Shown here in pieces: positions 32,388 through 41,683 of a stretch of 64,000 bases of DNA; position 1 is the first letter of the stretch; the number at the start of each line of letters is the position of its first letter. The notes under the pieces were generated by a model that saw nothing but the letters and a program-made list of their open reading frames with translations, ran no database searches and was not told the DNA's origin. The stretch is taken from positions 96,001 through 160,000 of the IMG/VR virus record IMGVR_UViG_3300021197_001787; one strand, given 5' to 3'. This DNA comes from a virus. The position numbers and the translations under genes are program-made.

Positions 32388-33427
32388 TTCCTAGTATTGA
32401 TATGCGTTCTGCTTTCTCCTAGACCGGCAGCAGTCTGTCTAACAAAAACTGCCTTAGACTGCAACTCTTTTAGGCTATAAGCACCCGAGTATGAAAAACC
32501 GCTTCGCAGACCGCGTTCAACATCTTGCAGAATACTGGCGACTTTACCACGATAAGGCACTTGGCTCGACACTCCTTCAAACGACGAGTACTTCCCTCTC
32601 CAACTCATTTGAGCTTCTTTAGAAGCCATGCCGCGATAAGACTTAAACTTAATTCCGTTCTCGCCCTCAAACACACTTCCTGGTGTCTCAGTGGTTCCTG
32701 CTAGCAGGCTCCCACACATAACAGCGTCTGCGCCGGCAGCAAGCGCCTTTACAATGTCTCCAGAGTTGCGGATGCCACCGTCAGCAATGATTGCAACATC
32801 GCGATCAGTCTTAGAACACTCAAAAATAGTCTGCAAACCTGGGAGGCCATGGCCTGTTTGGACTCTTGTTGAGCAGATAGAGCCACCGCCAATATTGCAT
32901 CGAACAGAATTGGCGCCCCAGTCAGACAGGTCATTGACCCCATCCAAGGTTGCAACATTTCCAGCCATAATATGAAAATCACTAGTTAAGTTGCGGACGC
33001 TCTCAAGGGCCTCTTTCATCAAAATATGATGGCCGTGGGCCACATCAATACATAGAAAGTCAACGCCGGCACTAATCAAAGCGGTCGCTCGCTCAAGAAA
33101 GTCGCCTGAAATACCTATCGCTGCACCGATACAAGGCACCTTGTCGCCGGCGAATTCATACGCATTTATAACTTCCAAAACTTGTTCTTCAATGGTATTA
33201 TAACGGTGGACGATGCCGGCGCCACCGTGTATACTAATTGCAGCTGCCATGCGGCCGCCGGTAATTGTGTCCATCGGCGAGGAAAAGATTGGCAAGGTCA
33301 GCGAAACGCCGTTTCCTAAATTGCTACCTATGTCAATATCCTTTCGCGAACGAATTTCTGAATATTGTGGCTGCAATAACACATCGTCGTAAGTCAATGC
33401 TGCCCTGCTCTGTTCACTATTTCTCAT
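32381..33427 (-). CDS. guaB: IMP dehydrogenase/GMP reductase family, no CBS domains
   Basis: LTYDDVLL, SSPMDT, IDVAHGH, GGGSICSTR (catalytic Cys), IADGGI, YRGMAS; IMPDH versus GMPR not resolved. Confidence 0.9.
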   Translation of the reverse strand: MRNSEQSRAALTYDDVLLQPQYSEIRSRKDIDIGSNLGNGVSLTLPIFSSPMDTITGGRMAAAISIHGGAGIVHRYNTIEEQVLEVINAYEFAGDKVPCIGAAIGISGDFLERATALISAGVDFLCIDVAHGHHILMKEALESVRNLTSDFHIMAGNVATLDGVNDLSDWGANSVRCNIGGGSICSTRVQTGHGLPGLQTIFECSKTDRDVAIIADGGIRNSGDIVKALAAGADAVMCGSLLAGTTETPGSVFEGENGIKFKSYRGMASKEAQMSWRGKYSSFEGVSSQVPYRGKVASILQDVERGLRSGFSYSGAYSLKELQSKAVFVRQTAAGLGESRTHINTRKW

Positions 33428-33782
33428 CTTTCTTCGCCTCTCTCTTTTTACGCGATGTTGTACGCTTAAGCGCGCGCTTCATAGTAGGCGAGCTGTCAGC
33501 TGTGACAGTGGTGAACTCAGCTTCACTGTCTGGGCGGCTCTCGCTTGGTGCCGGTTCGTGTGTCGGTGCAGGCGCTGGCCGCGGAACAAAGTGCGTCTGT
33601 AGCGAGCCATATGCCTCTTCGCATTCTGAAAGGCCTTTGGCATGCCTAATAATCTCTGCCACATATTCAGTATGATCTGAAATTGCTGTGGGGTTGTTTA
33701 TCAAAATTTCAATTGCTCCGAAATGCTCGGTAGCTTTACCTTTTAACTGAAGCAAGGCGGCTTCTAAATTCTTTAGCGACAT
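33417..33782 (-). CDS. Hypothetical protein
   Basis: GGAGA SD; start trimmed to MSLKN. Confidence 0.65.
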   Translation of the reverse strand: MSLKNLEAALLQLKGKATEHFGAIEILINNPTAISDHTEYVAEIIRHAKGLSECEEAYGSLQTHFVPRPAPAPTHEPAPSESRPDSEAEFTTVTADSSPTMKRALKRTTSRKKREAKKDEK

Positions 33783-33790
33783 ATTTTCTC

Positions 33791-34156
33791 CTATTTGTAT
33801 TGCTCGATAAATTTTCTTAATTGTGGTTCGTGATACCACATGTCCTCATTTGGTGGTTTTGGATCGGGAACAAACTTTATACGTGTATTCACGCCACCAG
33901 TTCTAACATGGCAGATAGTTGGCACACCATCGAATCCATATTTTGCCTCAAGTTCATCGCCGCCATGCTCCATGTTATATGCATAGAACAGGACATTTTC
34001 ATGTTCTTCAGATATATCCCGGTAGACTGGTGCTAACGAGTGGCACAAATGGCAGTGGGTACCATAAAACTTAATGACTACCGAATGTTCCTTTAAGATT
34101 TCACCATCCATTATCATTTCTAAACTTTTTCTATCAATCCTCTTTATGTTTGACAT
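33791..34156 (-). CDS. Thioredoxin-fold protein
   Basis: KFYGTHCHLC (CxxC), GVPT cis-Pro loop. Confidence 0.8.
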   Translation of the reverse strand: MSNIKRIDRKSLEMIMDGEILKEHSVVIKFYGTHCHLCHSLAPVYRDISEEHENVLFYAYNMEHGGDELEAKYGFDGVPTICHVRTGGVNTRIKFVPDPKPPNEDMWYHEPQLRKFIEQYK

Positions 34157-34391
34157 TGCTCAAAGCCTCCTTTGTCTTCTTAATGCAGTCAGGGCAAAAT
34201 AGTCTTACGACTTCTTGCTTAACAACGACAGACCATGATTGTACCATATCTTTATCTTTCTTGTCAAATTGTTTTTGACAAGCGCCACACTGTCGCGGTA
34301 GCTTTCCAAACTGGGAAATTTTTTGCGCGAGGTTTTCGGTGGCCTCTTGTCCCATATGTTTGTTCATGGCGCGCCGCTGTTTGCGATTCAT
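34134..34391 (-). CDS. Zinc-ribbon protein
   Basis: CGAC...FCPDC. Confidence 0.65.
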   Translation of the reverse strand: MNRKQRRAMNKHMGQEATENLAQKISQFGKLPRQCGACQKQFDKKDKDMVQSWSVVVKQEVVRLFCPDCIKKTKEALSNVKHKED

Positions 34392-34876
34392 CGGTTCATA
34401 GCTCCAAATATCTGTTGCCTGTAAGCGCCGTCAAATACAACTACTGCTGACGGGAATGGTGCTGAGTTTTCGGAATCTCCAAACTTAAGTCGGCCTTTGA
34501 CAAAGTATACTTCGTCGGCTTTCATGACGTATTGGTGCCAATACTTTGTATCGGTGCGGGCTGGAATTAACATAACCACGCGGGTGCCCTCACTGCGAGC
34601 CTCGTCATAAGCCTTCTTGATCCAGTTCTCAATCCCACGGCCATAGGGCGGGTTAATAAAGCAAGTAAACCCTTCCCAGCTTTTTGAAAGACCATCCTCG
34701 GCCTCTGTAAAAAAGTTTGCGCATTTAGTGTTACTAGGATCTGCGCAGGGATCTAAATCAAATGGGCCGAAACGCCAATCTAGCTTTTTAAAAAATTCTA
34801 CTGGGGTTGCCCAGTTTCCCGTCTTAGACGAGAACATTGTTAGCTGCGTATTCTTATTCATTTTCCTCACCGCCAC
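34388..34876 (-). CDS. Phage DNA N6-adenine methyltransferase
   Basis: WATP, FDLDPCA, INPPYG catalytic motif, LIPARTDT..WH, SAPFPS. Confidence 0.9.
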   Translation of the reverse strand: MAVRKMNKNTQLTMFSSKTGNWATPVEFFKKLDWRFGPFDLDPCADPSNTKCANFFTEAEDGLSKSWEGFTCFINPPYGRGIENWIKKAYDEARSEGTRVVMLIPARTDTKYWHQYVMKADEVYFVKGRLKFGDSENSAPFPSAVVVFDGAYRQQIFGAMNR

Positions 34877-35108
34877 TAATCATTTCAAAGTTTTCAACTA
34901 CTTCTTCAATGTTGTACTTTTGCTTGAAAAGGCGATATGCCTTTACTGCTGCACGAATCTCATCCGTATTGAGCCAGTTGTTTTCTCGGAACTCAGTGCG
35001 CAGTTCGCGCTTTTGTTCCTGATAGGGTTCGATGCATTCTTCAATAGCCGCCAGTGAGCGAATGTACTCCTTGACGTATTGTTTCTTTTGGTCTTGTGTT
35101 GTAGCCAT
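34854..35108 (-). CDS. Small helical protein (possible nucleoid/DNA-binding)
   Basis: GGAGG SD after promoter; EQKRELRTEF pattern resembles GapR/DUF2312-like proteins (weak). Confidence 0.6.
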   Translation of the reverse strand: MATTQDQKKQYVKEYIRSLAAIEECIEPYQEQKRELRTEFRENNWLNTDEIRAAVKAYRLFKQKYNIEEVVENFEMISGGEENE

Positions 35109-35131
35109 TATAGCCTCCTTGTTTCTCTATT

Positions 35132-35160
35132 AATATAGCAAGGAAGGGCTTGACTGTCAA
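35132..35160 (-). promoter_or_regulatory. sigma70-type promoter
   Basis: TTGACA-N17-TATATT. Confidence 0.8.
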
Positions 35161-35164
35161 GTAC

Positions 35165-35863
35165 TTATTCGACGTGAACTTTAAAAACTTGGTATATAAA
35201 ATTTTTCATCAGTTTTTGCTTTTCATCTTCAGTTTCACATTCCGCGTATTTGTAATTGTAGGTCATCTTTTCCTGTTGTATGCTAGAATCCAATTCTTGA
35301 ATTTTAATCTTCATCCATCTGTTTTGTTGTTTGTAATTCTTCGGTGTTCTCACACCAAACCTGTCAGAAAGTTCAAGAAGAAAATAGTAACGTTCTTCTT
35401 TTAATGCCGCTTGGGCTTCTTTAAACAACTCAAGCCGATCGGCTTTTTCGTCGTCAGTCAATCCTTGTGACCGGTCAGGGTGTAAATACAGGGCAATCTT
35501 TTTAAACAATTTTGCAAAAGACTCATATAATTCACGGCCGTCTTTCTCTATCACTTCGTCTGCGTATGCAGGCTCTGGTGTATTGTGATATAAAACCAAG
35601 GCGCCGTCGTCGTCAATCTCGCTTTCAGGTAGTTGCAGAACCTCAGCGTTTTCGTGCTCTTCTATCTTGATTGTTTGCGCTGCCAATAAGTTTCTATTTA
35701 AATCAGCAAGATCAACCTGCTTTTGTTCACAAAAATCTTCAAGGTACATTTGAAATTCTTGAGCATGTGAAGAATTTATATCTTCAATAAACTCAAGTTC
35801 GCTATGTTTAAACTTTAACTCATTTAAAGTTCTTTTCCATCTTAATAGATTCGATGCGCGCAC
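35165..35863 (-). CDS. J-domain (DnaJ-like) protein
   Basis: LFKKIALYLHPDR...LFKEAQAAL (HPD motif). Confidence 0.7.
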   Translation of the reverse strand: MRASNLLRWKRTLNELKFKHSELEFIEDINSSHAQEFQMYLEDFCEQKQVDLADLNRNLLAAQTIKIEEHENAEVLQLPESEIDDDGALVLYHNTPEPAYADEVIEKDGRELYESFAKLFKKIALYLHPDRSQGLTDDEKADRLELFKEAQAALKEERYYFLLELSDRFGVRTPKNYKQQNRWMKIKIQELDSSIQQEKMTYNYKYAECETEDEKQKLMKNFIYQVFKVHVE

Positions 35864-35903
35864 GCTATATCCCCCGATAACTTAATTAGTCAGGGGCGAC
35901 GAC

Positions 35904-36509
35904 CTATTTGAAATTAAATTTTATTTCTGTGGTTATTCTCATTTCTGGTACGTGCAATTTATTGGCTAGTTTGTGCTTCTTGCACTCGTCTGCTTCTAAA
36001 AACCAATCGGCATGACCCTTATCGTGAACGATATCAAGAAAATAGTCTTTGTGGTGGCCACAATTTTCTGCCATCATGGTGTATATTTTTTGATTTAAGC
36101 GATCAGTTTCTTCGGCAGATGCTTTGATCTCTTCAACCTTGCCCCAGCCCATTGAACTTACATCATGAATCATCACAGTAGCATCAGGATCCATATATCT
36201 ATGTCCCTCGGCGCCGAAACTGAAGAGTATCGCACCGCAAGACATAGCCTTGCCTTGTACTATCGTAGCTACAGGGATTTTTGAATGCTTGATATCGGAA
36301 ATCATGGACATTAGGCTGTAAACCTGACCCCCATAACTGTCAATGATAACTGGCACGATGGGTTGCCCAGTATTCTGTGCTTTTCTTATCAGTGCAGAAA
36401 AACTCTTCGCGGATGACTCATCAAATTTGCTAACCCTTATAATGATCGGCAGATCATCAATTAGTTTGGGTTCCTTTAGCATTGGGCTGAATGTTTTTAT
36501 AAGGTTCAT
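35904..36509 (-). CDS. clpP: ClpP-like protease (paralog 2)
   Basis: IIDSYGG, GKAMSCG (Ser), VMIHD (His), WFLEADEC. Confidence 0.85.
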   Translation of the reverse strand: MNLIKTFSPMLKEPKLIDDLPIIIRVSKFDESSAKSFSALIRKAQNTGQPIVPVIIDSYGGQVYSLMSMISDIKHSKIPVATIVQGKAMSCGAILFSFGAEGHRYMDPDATVMIHDVSSMGWGKVEEIKASAEETDRLNQKIYTMMAENCGHHKDYFLDIVHDKGHADWFLEADECKKHKLANKLHVPEMRITTEIKFNFK

Positions 36510-36516
36510 AACATAA

Positions 36517-39500
36517 TTATCCTAATAGTTTAAATGTCTTCCAAAGAGCGTAGGTGGAGAACCCCCATTGCTCATCGTATTTAAGCTTGGCCATGTACGG
36601 CCTATTGATAAATATCTTGTCTTTCTCCGGACGCACTCCCCAGCATCTAATTTTTTCAGTTTCGTTGTTAGAATCAATAACTTCAACAATCCAATAGTTC
36701 TTGCCATTCTTGGTTTTCTTGGCGACGATCTTACGAGGAATAAACCAGCAAACACACAAGTCGGGATCAAATTCTGATATTGGCGGAATGTACTTCTCAC
36801 GGAGTCTGTTGATAGTATCGGTACTAATGACTAGGTTCATTGGAAACACGCCAGTCAACTCTGTTTTAAAATGAATAATCTCCTCCTCTGTAAAGTCGCC
36901 TTCCTTGCGGTAAGCGTCAATGTTTTCATTAAACTTCTTCTTGTTCTTCGGCCGGTCAACGACCGCTGCAGACCAAAAGTGTTTACGACCTGTAAAGCGG
37001 TCATCAACCAACCCGTCCATAGCGCCGGCGCGGCACAAAGCATCTAATGCTTTCTTGTTAAGTTTGGAATATGTTATTTCTTCGCGGAATAATAGATCTT
37101 CAATATCATAGAAAGGTCGATGGTCCAATATCTGTTCAAGAGCAGAATCACCGAAGCCTTTAATAGAGGTGAGCGGCTGGATGAGGGTCTTGTTGTCCTC
37201 TGCTATCTCCCAAACACGGCCCGATTTGTTAAGGTCAACCGGTGCGATATTATAGCCAAGTGACTTGGCAATGTTAATTGCTTTTTCTTTTCGTGTTTCT
37301 GGTTCCTTGTCCAAGAAGGCGGCTGTCCACTCGGCTTCGTAGTAGTTCAAAAGCCATGCACACTGATAAGAGATTACACTGTAAGACACAGCATGGGACT
37401 TGTTGAAGCCGTATCCGGAGAAGTACTCAAACTTGTCCCAAAGCGCTTGGGCCTCGTCTCGATCAATATCTTTAGCTACACATCCCTTAATAAACTTATC
37501 ATGCAACTTACCTTTAACAGAACCTTTTCCTGTTCCCTTCTTTGTTAGCACCTTGCGAAGCATGTTGCCCTCATCGAGCGTCAAGCCACCAAGCTTGTGG
37601 GCAAGCAGGGCGATTTGCTCTTGAAAGATCAGGAACCCAAAGGTCTCTTCAGTGATCTCGCGAGCTTCGTCAGAAAGGTACTTGATATAGTGCGGGTGAC
37701 TCTTGGCCTCCACATAGTCAGCGTCAACGCCAGCGGACAATGGGCCAGGACGGAAGATAGAAGTAACCGCTGACACATCAATAATATTGCGAGGCTTAAC
37801 CCTCGTACAGAATCCTTGAGCACCGCTTTCAGTGAACTGGAAGACTCCAGCCCACTTGCCGGCATGAAAAATATTCTCGTACACATTCTGGTCTTCAAGA
37901 TCGATGATGTCAGGATGCAAATATTTATTATAGTAATCTCGTACCTGCGTGAAGGTAGGTTCTTCTACTCCATAATGACGACGAAGAATATGTTGAATAC
38001 AAACCTCCATCATCTTAAGAGTCGCCAAGCCTAATAAATCAAACTTAATGAACCCCATCGGCTCCAAGTGTCGCACGTTTTGACCTTCTGACCATGGTGT
38101 TTGCCTCACTCCACCTGAATTAATAAGGGGCATGCTCTTGTCTAAGTCTTCTGCAATCACAACACCGCCGGCGTGGCGCGAGCACGACCGAACTTGTCCG
38201 ACAAGACCCTGAACGTGGGATCTTACCGCCGGATATGTATTTAAAAAGTTTTGCAGTGAAGGAGAAAACTCCATCACTTCCTGCCAAGTTGGGGCGTAGA
38301 TACCAGCTTTAATACCATGCTTTTGCTTTGCAAGAGGTGTGGCCTCTTTAATCATGATATTCGTAACGTTGTTTACCTCTGTAAAAGGGATGTCATACAA
38401 TTTTGAAATATCCTTAACGAGAGAACGAAGTTGCAAAGTATTCCAATTGGAGATAGGCGCGACCACATTCTCTCCCCACATCTCTACCAAACGCTCCTTC
38501 AGAATCATCGGGTCTGATACATCATAGTCAATATCAGGATAATCGGTGGCGTCAGAACGCAAGAAGCGAGAGAACAGAAGACCGTGCTTAATTGGATCAA
38601 TCTGTGTGATGCCAAGCGCATAGGCCACCAAGGAGCCTGCAGCAGAGCCGCGGCCCGGGCCGGCCAACATCATGTCATTCGTGACATCCACAATAGCTTT
38701 CATCGTGAGAAAGTACTTGGAAAAACCACGGTCATCGATAACGTTCAACTCTGCGCGTAGTCGATCAGTATATTCCTTGTTGGTGTGCAAGCCGTAAGTC
38801 TTAAGACCTTCTAATGCGTAGTTAACCAAGGCTTGCGTGGCAGTAAAGCCGGCCGGCACAACGAATTCGGGAAGGCGCACTGTATTGTCAGGAAGAAACG
38901 ACTCAATTCTTTCATGGGCAATTCTGTGTGTTTCTTCAATACTTTTCAAGACTACATCATCATCATATTCAAACCCCGTGGATTCTGAATACTCTTTGTA
39001 GCTTTCCCAGATTTGATCACCGTTCTTGGGATACAGCTCATAACCTATTTCCGTGACGTCATCGGGAAGAAACGAATCTGAATCTTCAGCCCACTTCGGC
39101 TTCCCTTTGCCAAGCCAACCCAAACGCTTGTAGAGTTCCCTATCTTTCCAAGCATCAGGGCCGGGGTAGTGGCTGTCTGCGGTGGTGATCAACCCAACGC
39201 CATTCTCTTGTGCCGTCTGAATAACGTACTGATTCAATTCATGTTGCTCTTTAATATTGTTCCATTGAATCTCAGCGTACCAGCGGTCACCAAAAATATC
39301 TAACATGTTTTCAGTAGTCTCTCTCATCGCCTCTAGGACGGCTTCTTCACCCTCGTCCCGGTTCTCCCAGTAGTTACCAGCATAAACGCCGCCTAAGCAT
39401 GCTGACGCGGCGATAATACCCTCATTATACTTCTTTAAGAGAGCATAGTCAATGCGCGGGTATCGGTAAAAGTTTTCAGGCTGATAAGACTCTGAGATGA

Positions 39501-39951
39501 GCTTGAAGAGGTTGTTGAGTCCCGTCTGGTTTTGTACCAACAGAACCAGATGACGGCGCCGGCGTAGAATATCTTGAGTCTTCTTGCTATTGCCTTCGTC
39601 CTCAACTGTCGCACCCGATTGGGCATCTTTCTTAATACTCTTGGCGCGTTTCTTATCGGCCATGCCTTGGTCATAGGCTTCTCGCCACTCAGCAATAGAC
39701 GGTGTGAAGTAAGCCTCGCACCCAAAGATAGGCTTGAACTCTTTGCCTTCTGCTTGCATCTTCTTGGCATGCAAAACCTGATACGCTAGGCCATTCATAT
39801 TACCATGGTCGGTGAGAGCTAAAGCATCTGAACCGTTTTGATAAGCAAAATCCATATGATCTTGTGGAAAGCCGATAGCATCAAAAATTGAGCCGGCTAC
39901 TGAGTGGGCATGGAGCCCTACGAATTTAATGTTGGAATCTTTTCGATTCAT
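36517..39951 (-). CDS. dnaE: DNA polymerase III alpha subunit (family C) with PHP domain
   Basis: LHAHS, LTDHGNM, GPGRGSAAGS, YPDIDYD, RHAGG, KFDLLGL, FNKSH. Confidence 0.97.
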   Translation of the reverse strand: MNRKDSNIKFVGLHAHSVAGSIFDAIGFPQDHMDFAYQNGSDALALTDHGNMNGLAYQVLHAKKMQAEGKEFKPIFGCEAYFTPSIAEWREAYDQGMADKKRAKSIKKDAQSGATVEDEGNSKKTQDILRRRRHLVLLVQNQTGLNNLFKLISESYQPENFYRYPRIDYALLKKYNEGIIAASACLGGVYAGNYWENRDEGEEAVLEAMRETTENMLDIFGDRWYAEIQWNNIKEQHELNQYVIQTAQENGVGLITTADSHYPGPDAWKDRELYKRLGWLGKGKPKWAEDSDSFLPDDVTEIGYELYPKNGDQIWESYKEYSESTGFEYDDDVVLKSIEETHRIAHERIESFLPDNTVRLPEFVVPAGFTATQALVNYALEGLKTYGLHTNKEYTDRLRAELNVIDDRGFSKYFLTMKAIVDVTNDMMLAGPGRGSAAGSLVAYALGITQIDPIKHGLLFSRFLRSDATDYPDIDYDVSDPMILKERLVEMWGENVVAPISNWNTLQLRSLVKDISKLYDIPFTEVNNVTNIMIKEATPLAKQKHGIKAGIYAPTWQEVMEFSPSLQNFLNTYPAVRSHVQGLVGQVRSCSRHAGGVVIAEDLDKSMPLINSGGVRQTPWSEGQNVRHLEPMGFIKFDLLGLATLKMMEVCIQHILRRHYGVEEPTFTQVRDYYNKYLHPDIIDLEDQNVYENIFHAGKWAGVFQFTESGAQGFCTRVKPRNIIDVSAVTSIFRPGPLSAGVDADYVEAKSHPHYIKYLSDEAREITEETFGFLIFQEQIALLAHKLGGLTLDEGNMLRKVLTKKGTGKGSVKGKLHDKFIKGCVAKDIDRDEAQALWDKFEYFSGYGFNKSHAVSYSVISYQCAWLLNYYEAEWTAAFLDKEPETRKEKAINIAKSLGYNIAPVDLNKSGRVWEIAEDNKTLIQPLTSIKGFGDSALEQILDHRPFYDIEDLLFREEITYSKLNKKALDALCRAGAMDGLVDDRFTGRKHFWSAAVVDRPKNKKKFNENIDAYRKEGDFTEEEIIHFKTELTGVFPMNLVISTDTINRLREKYIPPISEFDPDLCVCWFIPRKIVAKKTKNGKNYWIVEVIDSNNETEKIRCWGVRPEKDKIFINRPYMAKLKYDEQWGFSTYALWKTFKLLG

Positions 39952-40835
39952 TTTAATACCTCCTGAGTATTACATAGTATAGTGTGTTTGTGTGGTGCTG
40001 TCAAGTTATCTGAAGGTCTTTGTATAAAATTGTCACTCGCCATAAATTGCCTGTATCCGTCCCAATCACCAGCATCCCAAAACCAGTCTAATTCATGAAC
40101 TTTTGAGTTGGCTTCCTCAACTTGTGAAAAGACAGTCTTTATATCAAAACTTCTTGCTGACCACCTTTCATTAATTGGCAATTTTTTGGATGGATATTTT
40201 TCGTGATCTTTGGTATTATAATAAGTTTTTGTTGTCTCAGAATTCACATGCCTTCTGCATTGTTTAAAGTCCTCACCAAACATGGTGAATGGTAAGTATT
40301 TGTTATCCTTCACTGTCTGCCCCTCATGGGACAAAAAGAAGTTGTTCTCATGATGCATTATATCGGACCTCATTGAACGCAATGAGTATATATTAAAAGC
40401 AGAATGGGGGAAGGAGACATAGTATTTTTCTGGCACTATCCACTTTGACAATCTTGATGCGACATACCATGCAGAGTGCATACCATAGAGGGCTGACCAG
40501 CCATATGAATCGCGGCGATCTCTATCTTTCGGGTGGACAGGGACATAGTAAATTGGAATCTCTTTTCTTTTATCTTTATAGAATTTTTCTTTGCGATAAT
40601 AATACACCGGATCATAAGTCCATTCTCCAATCGTCTTCCTGATGATTGGTGCCATGTCATCGTTAGCCACAATCCATATAGTCTGGCAGCCAGCGATGGC
40701 GCACTCAAATACCGACTTTTGTATCATAGAGAACCCTTGATCTAACGGTAATAGGCACCACGGATACTTGACATCAAACGTGTCCTCAAAATTCGCGAGA
40801 GGAATAATCCCTGCCATGTGTATGTGTTTGCTCAT
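39948..40835 (-). CDS. Sugar-nucleotidyltransferase-like protein (degenerate)
   Basis: AGIIPLA...PWCLLPL and WDAGDWDGY resemble the NTP_transferase fold; GxGTR absent. Confidence 0.55.
   Translation of the reverse strand: MSKHIHMAGIIPLANFEDTFDVKYPWCLLPLDQGFSMIQKSVFECAIAGCQTIWIVANDDMAPIIRKTIGEWTYDPVYYYRKEKFYKDKRKEIPIYYVPVHPKDRDRRDSYGWSALYGMHSAWYVASRLSKWIVPEKYYVSFPHSAFNIYSLRSMRSDIMHHENNFFLSHEGQTVKDNKYLPFTMFGEDFKQCRRHVNSETTKTYYNTKDHEKYPSKKLPINERWSARSFDIKTVFSQVEEANSKVHELDWFWDAGDWDGYRQFMASDNFIQRPSDNLTAPHKHTILCNTQEVLK
39976..40004 (-). promoter_or_regulatory. sigma70-type promoter of dnaE (inside upstream CDS)
   Basis: TTGACA-N17-TATACT. Confidence 0.7.
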
Positions 40836-41683
40836 AGGTGTTTTAAATATTTCTTATATAATCTTGATTTTTCAGAAATTTGAGAAATCATCTCTTTTTG
40901 ACTCGGAATCTCAAGTTCTATATTGTGTTGGTCCACACAAAAGGTCAGTGCAAAGAGTTCTTTAGTTCGGTTGATTGTTGAAGTTTTAAACTTGTAATGC
41001 TTTGGACGACCTTTGTGATCGTAACCATTAAGCAGGCCTCGCATTCCCCTGCCTTCCATTTCTTTAATAACTTTAAAGCGCGCCATTGTTTCAGAAAGGT
41101 CAAACTCTTCAAGCTTGTCGCCATCGATGAAGGAGACTGCGCATGCATCCTTTACTTTGGTGTTGCCACATATCCTATCGGAAGAATAAAACCATATTTC
41201 TTTAACAAACTTATCTTCTGTTTCAATAAAATCAATTTCATGCTTGCCGCCACTATTAAAAGCTATCCAATCATAACAAACGTATTTTTTGTTCTTTGGC
41301 TTTTGTGTGAAGTCATACAATTTATCAAAATAAACATCACAAATTTTAGAATATTCGTTAAAACAGTGAAAAGAGTTAACATAATGTCGTATGCTGGTGC
41401 AAAGACCCGCTAGCGGAGCCAAACCATCTAATGAAAGCAGAAAAAGCATTCTCTCCCAGACTAAATCTTTTGGCATGCCAGTAATTTGATCCCCTTCAAA
41501 AGTACTTAAGACATTTTTTTGTCTGGGTAGTTTTAGACTATCCAACTCCGCTTCTGGTGCCATGTAATCAAATCTAAACGGCCGTTGAGGCTGGTCAAAA
41601 AAAATAGGGTAATGGTTGATAAAAGCAAATAGAACTGCGTCAAAACTGCTACCCAAGACAACATCGCGATAACTTGTTATCAA
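40832..41683 (-). CDS. Hypothetical protein, degenerate Rossmann-like N-terminus
   Basis: YRDVVLGSSFDAVLFA resembles the beta-alpha start of FAD-binding folds. Confidence 0.55.
   Translation of the reverse strand: MITSYRDVVLGSSFDAVLFAFINHYPIFFDQPQRPFRFDYMAPEAELDSLKLPRQKNVLSTFEGDQITGMPKDLVWERMLFLLSLDGLAPLAGLCTSIRHYVNSFHCFNEYSKICDVYFDKLYDFTQKPKNKKYVCYDWIAFNSGGKHEIDFIETEDKFVKEIWFYSSDRICGNTKVKDACAVSFIDGDKLEEFDLSETMARFKVIKEMEGRGMRGLLNGYDHKGRPKHYKFKTSTINRTKELFALTFCVDQHNIELEIPSQKEMISQISEKSRLYKKYLKHL

Noticed and set aside
28267-39951. Bacterial chromosome segment (groEL, clpP, guaB, dnaE)
   Set aside because: Genes are highly divergent, lack bacterial operon context (groES is distant, no clpX or tig), and lie on one strand continuous with phage tail genes.
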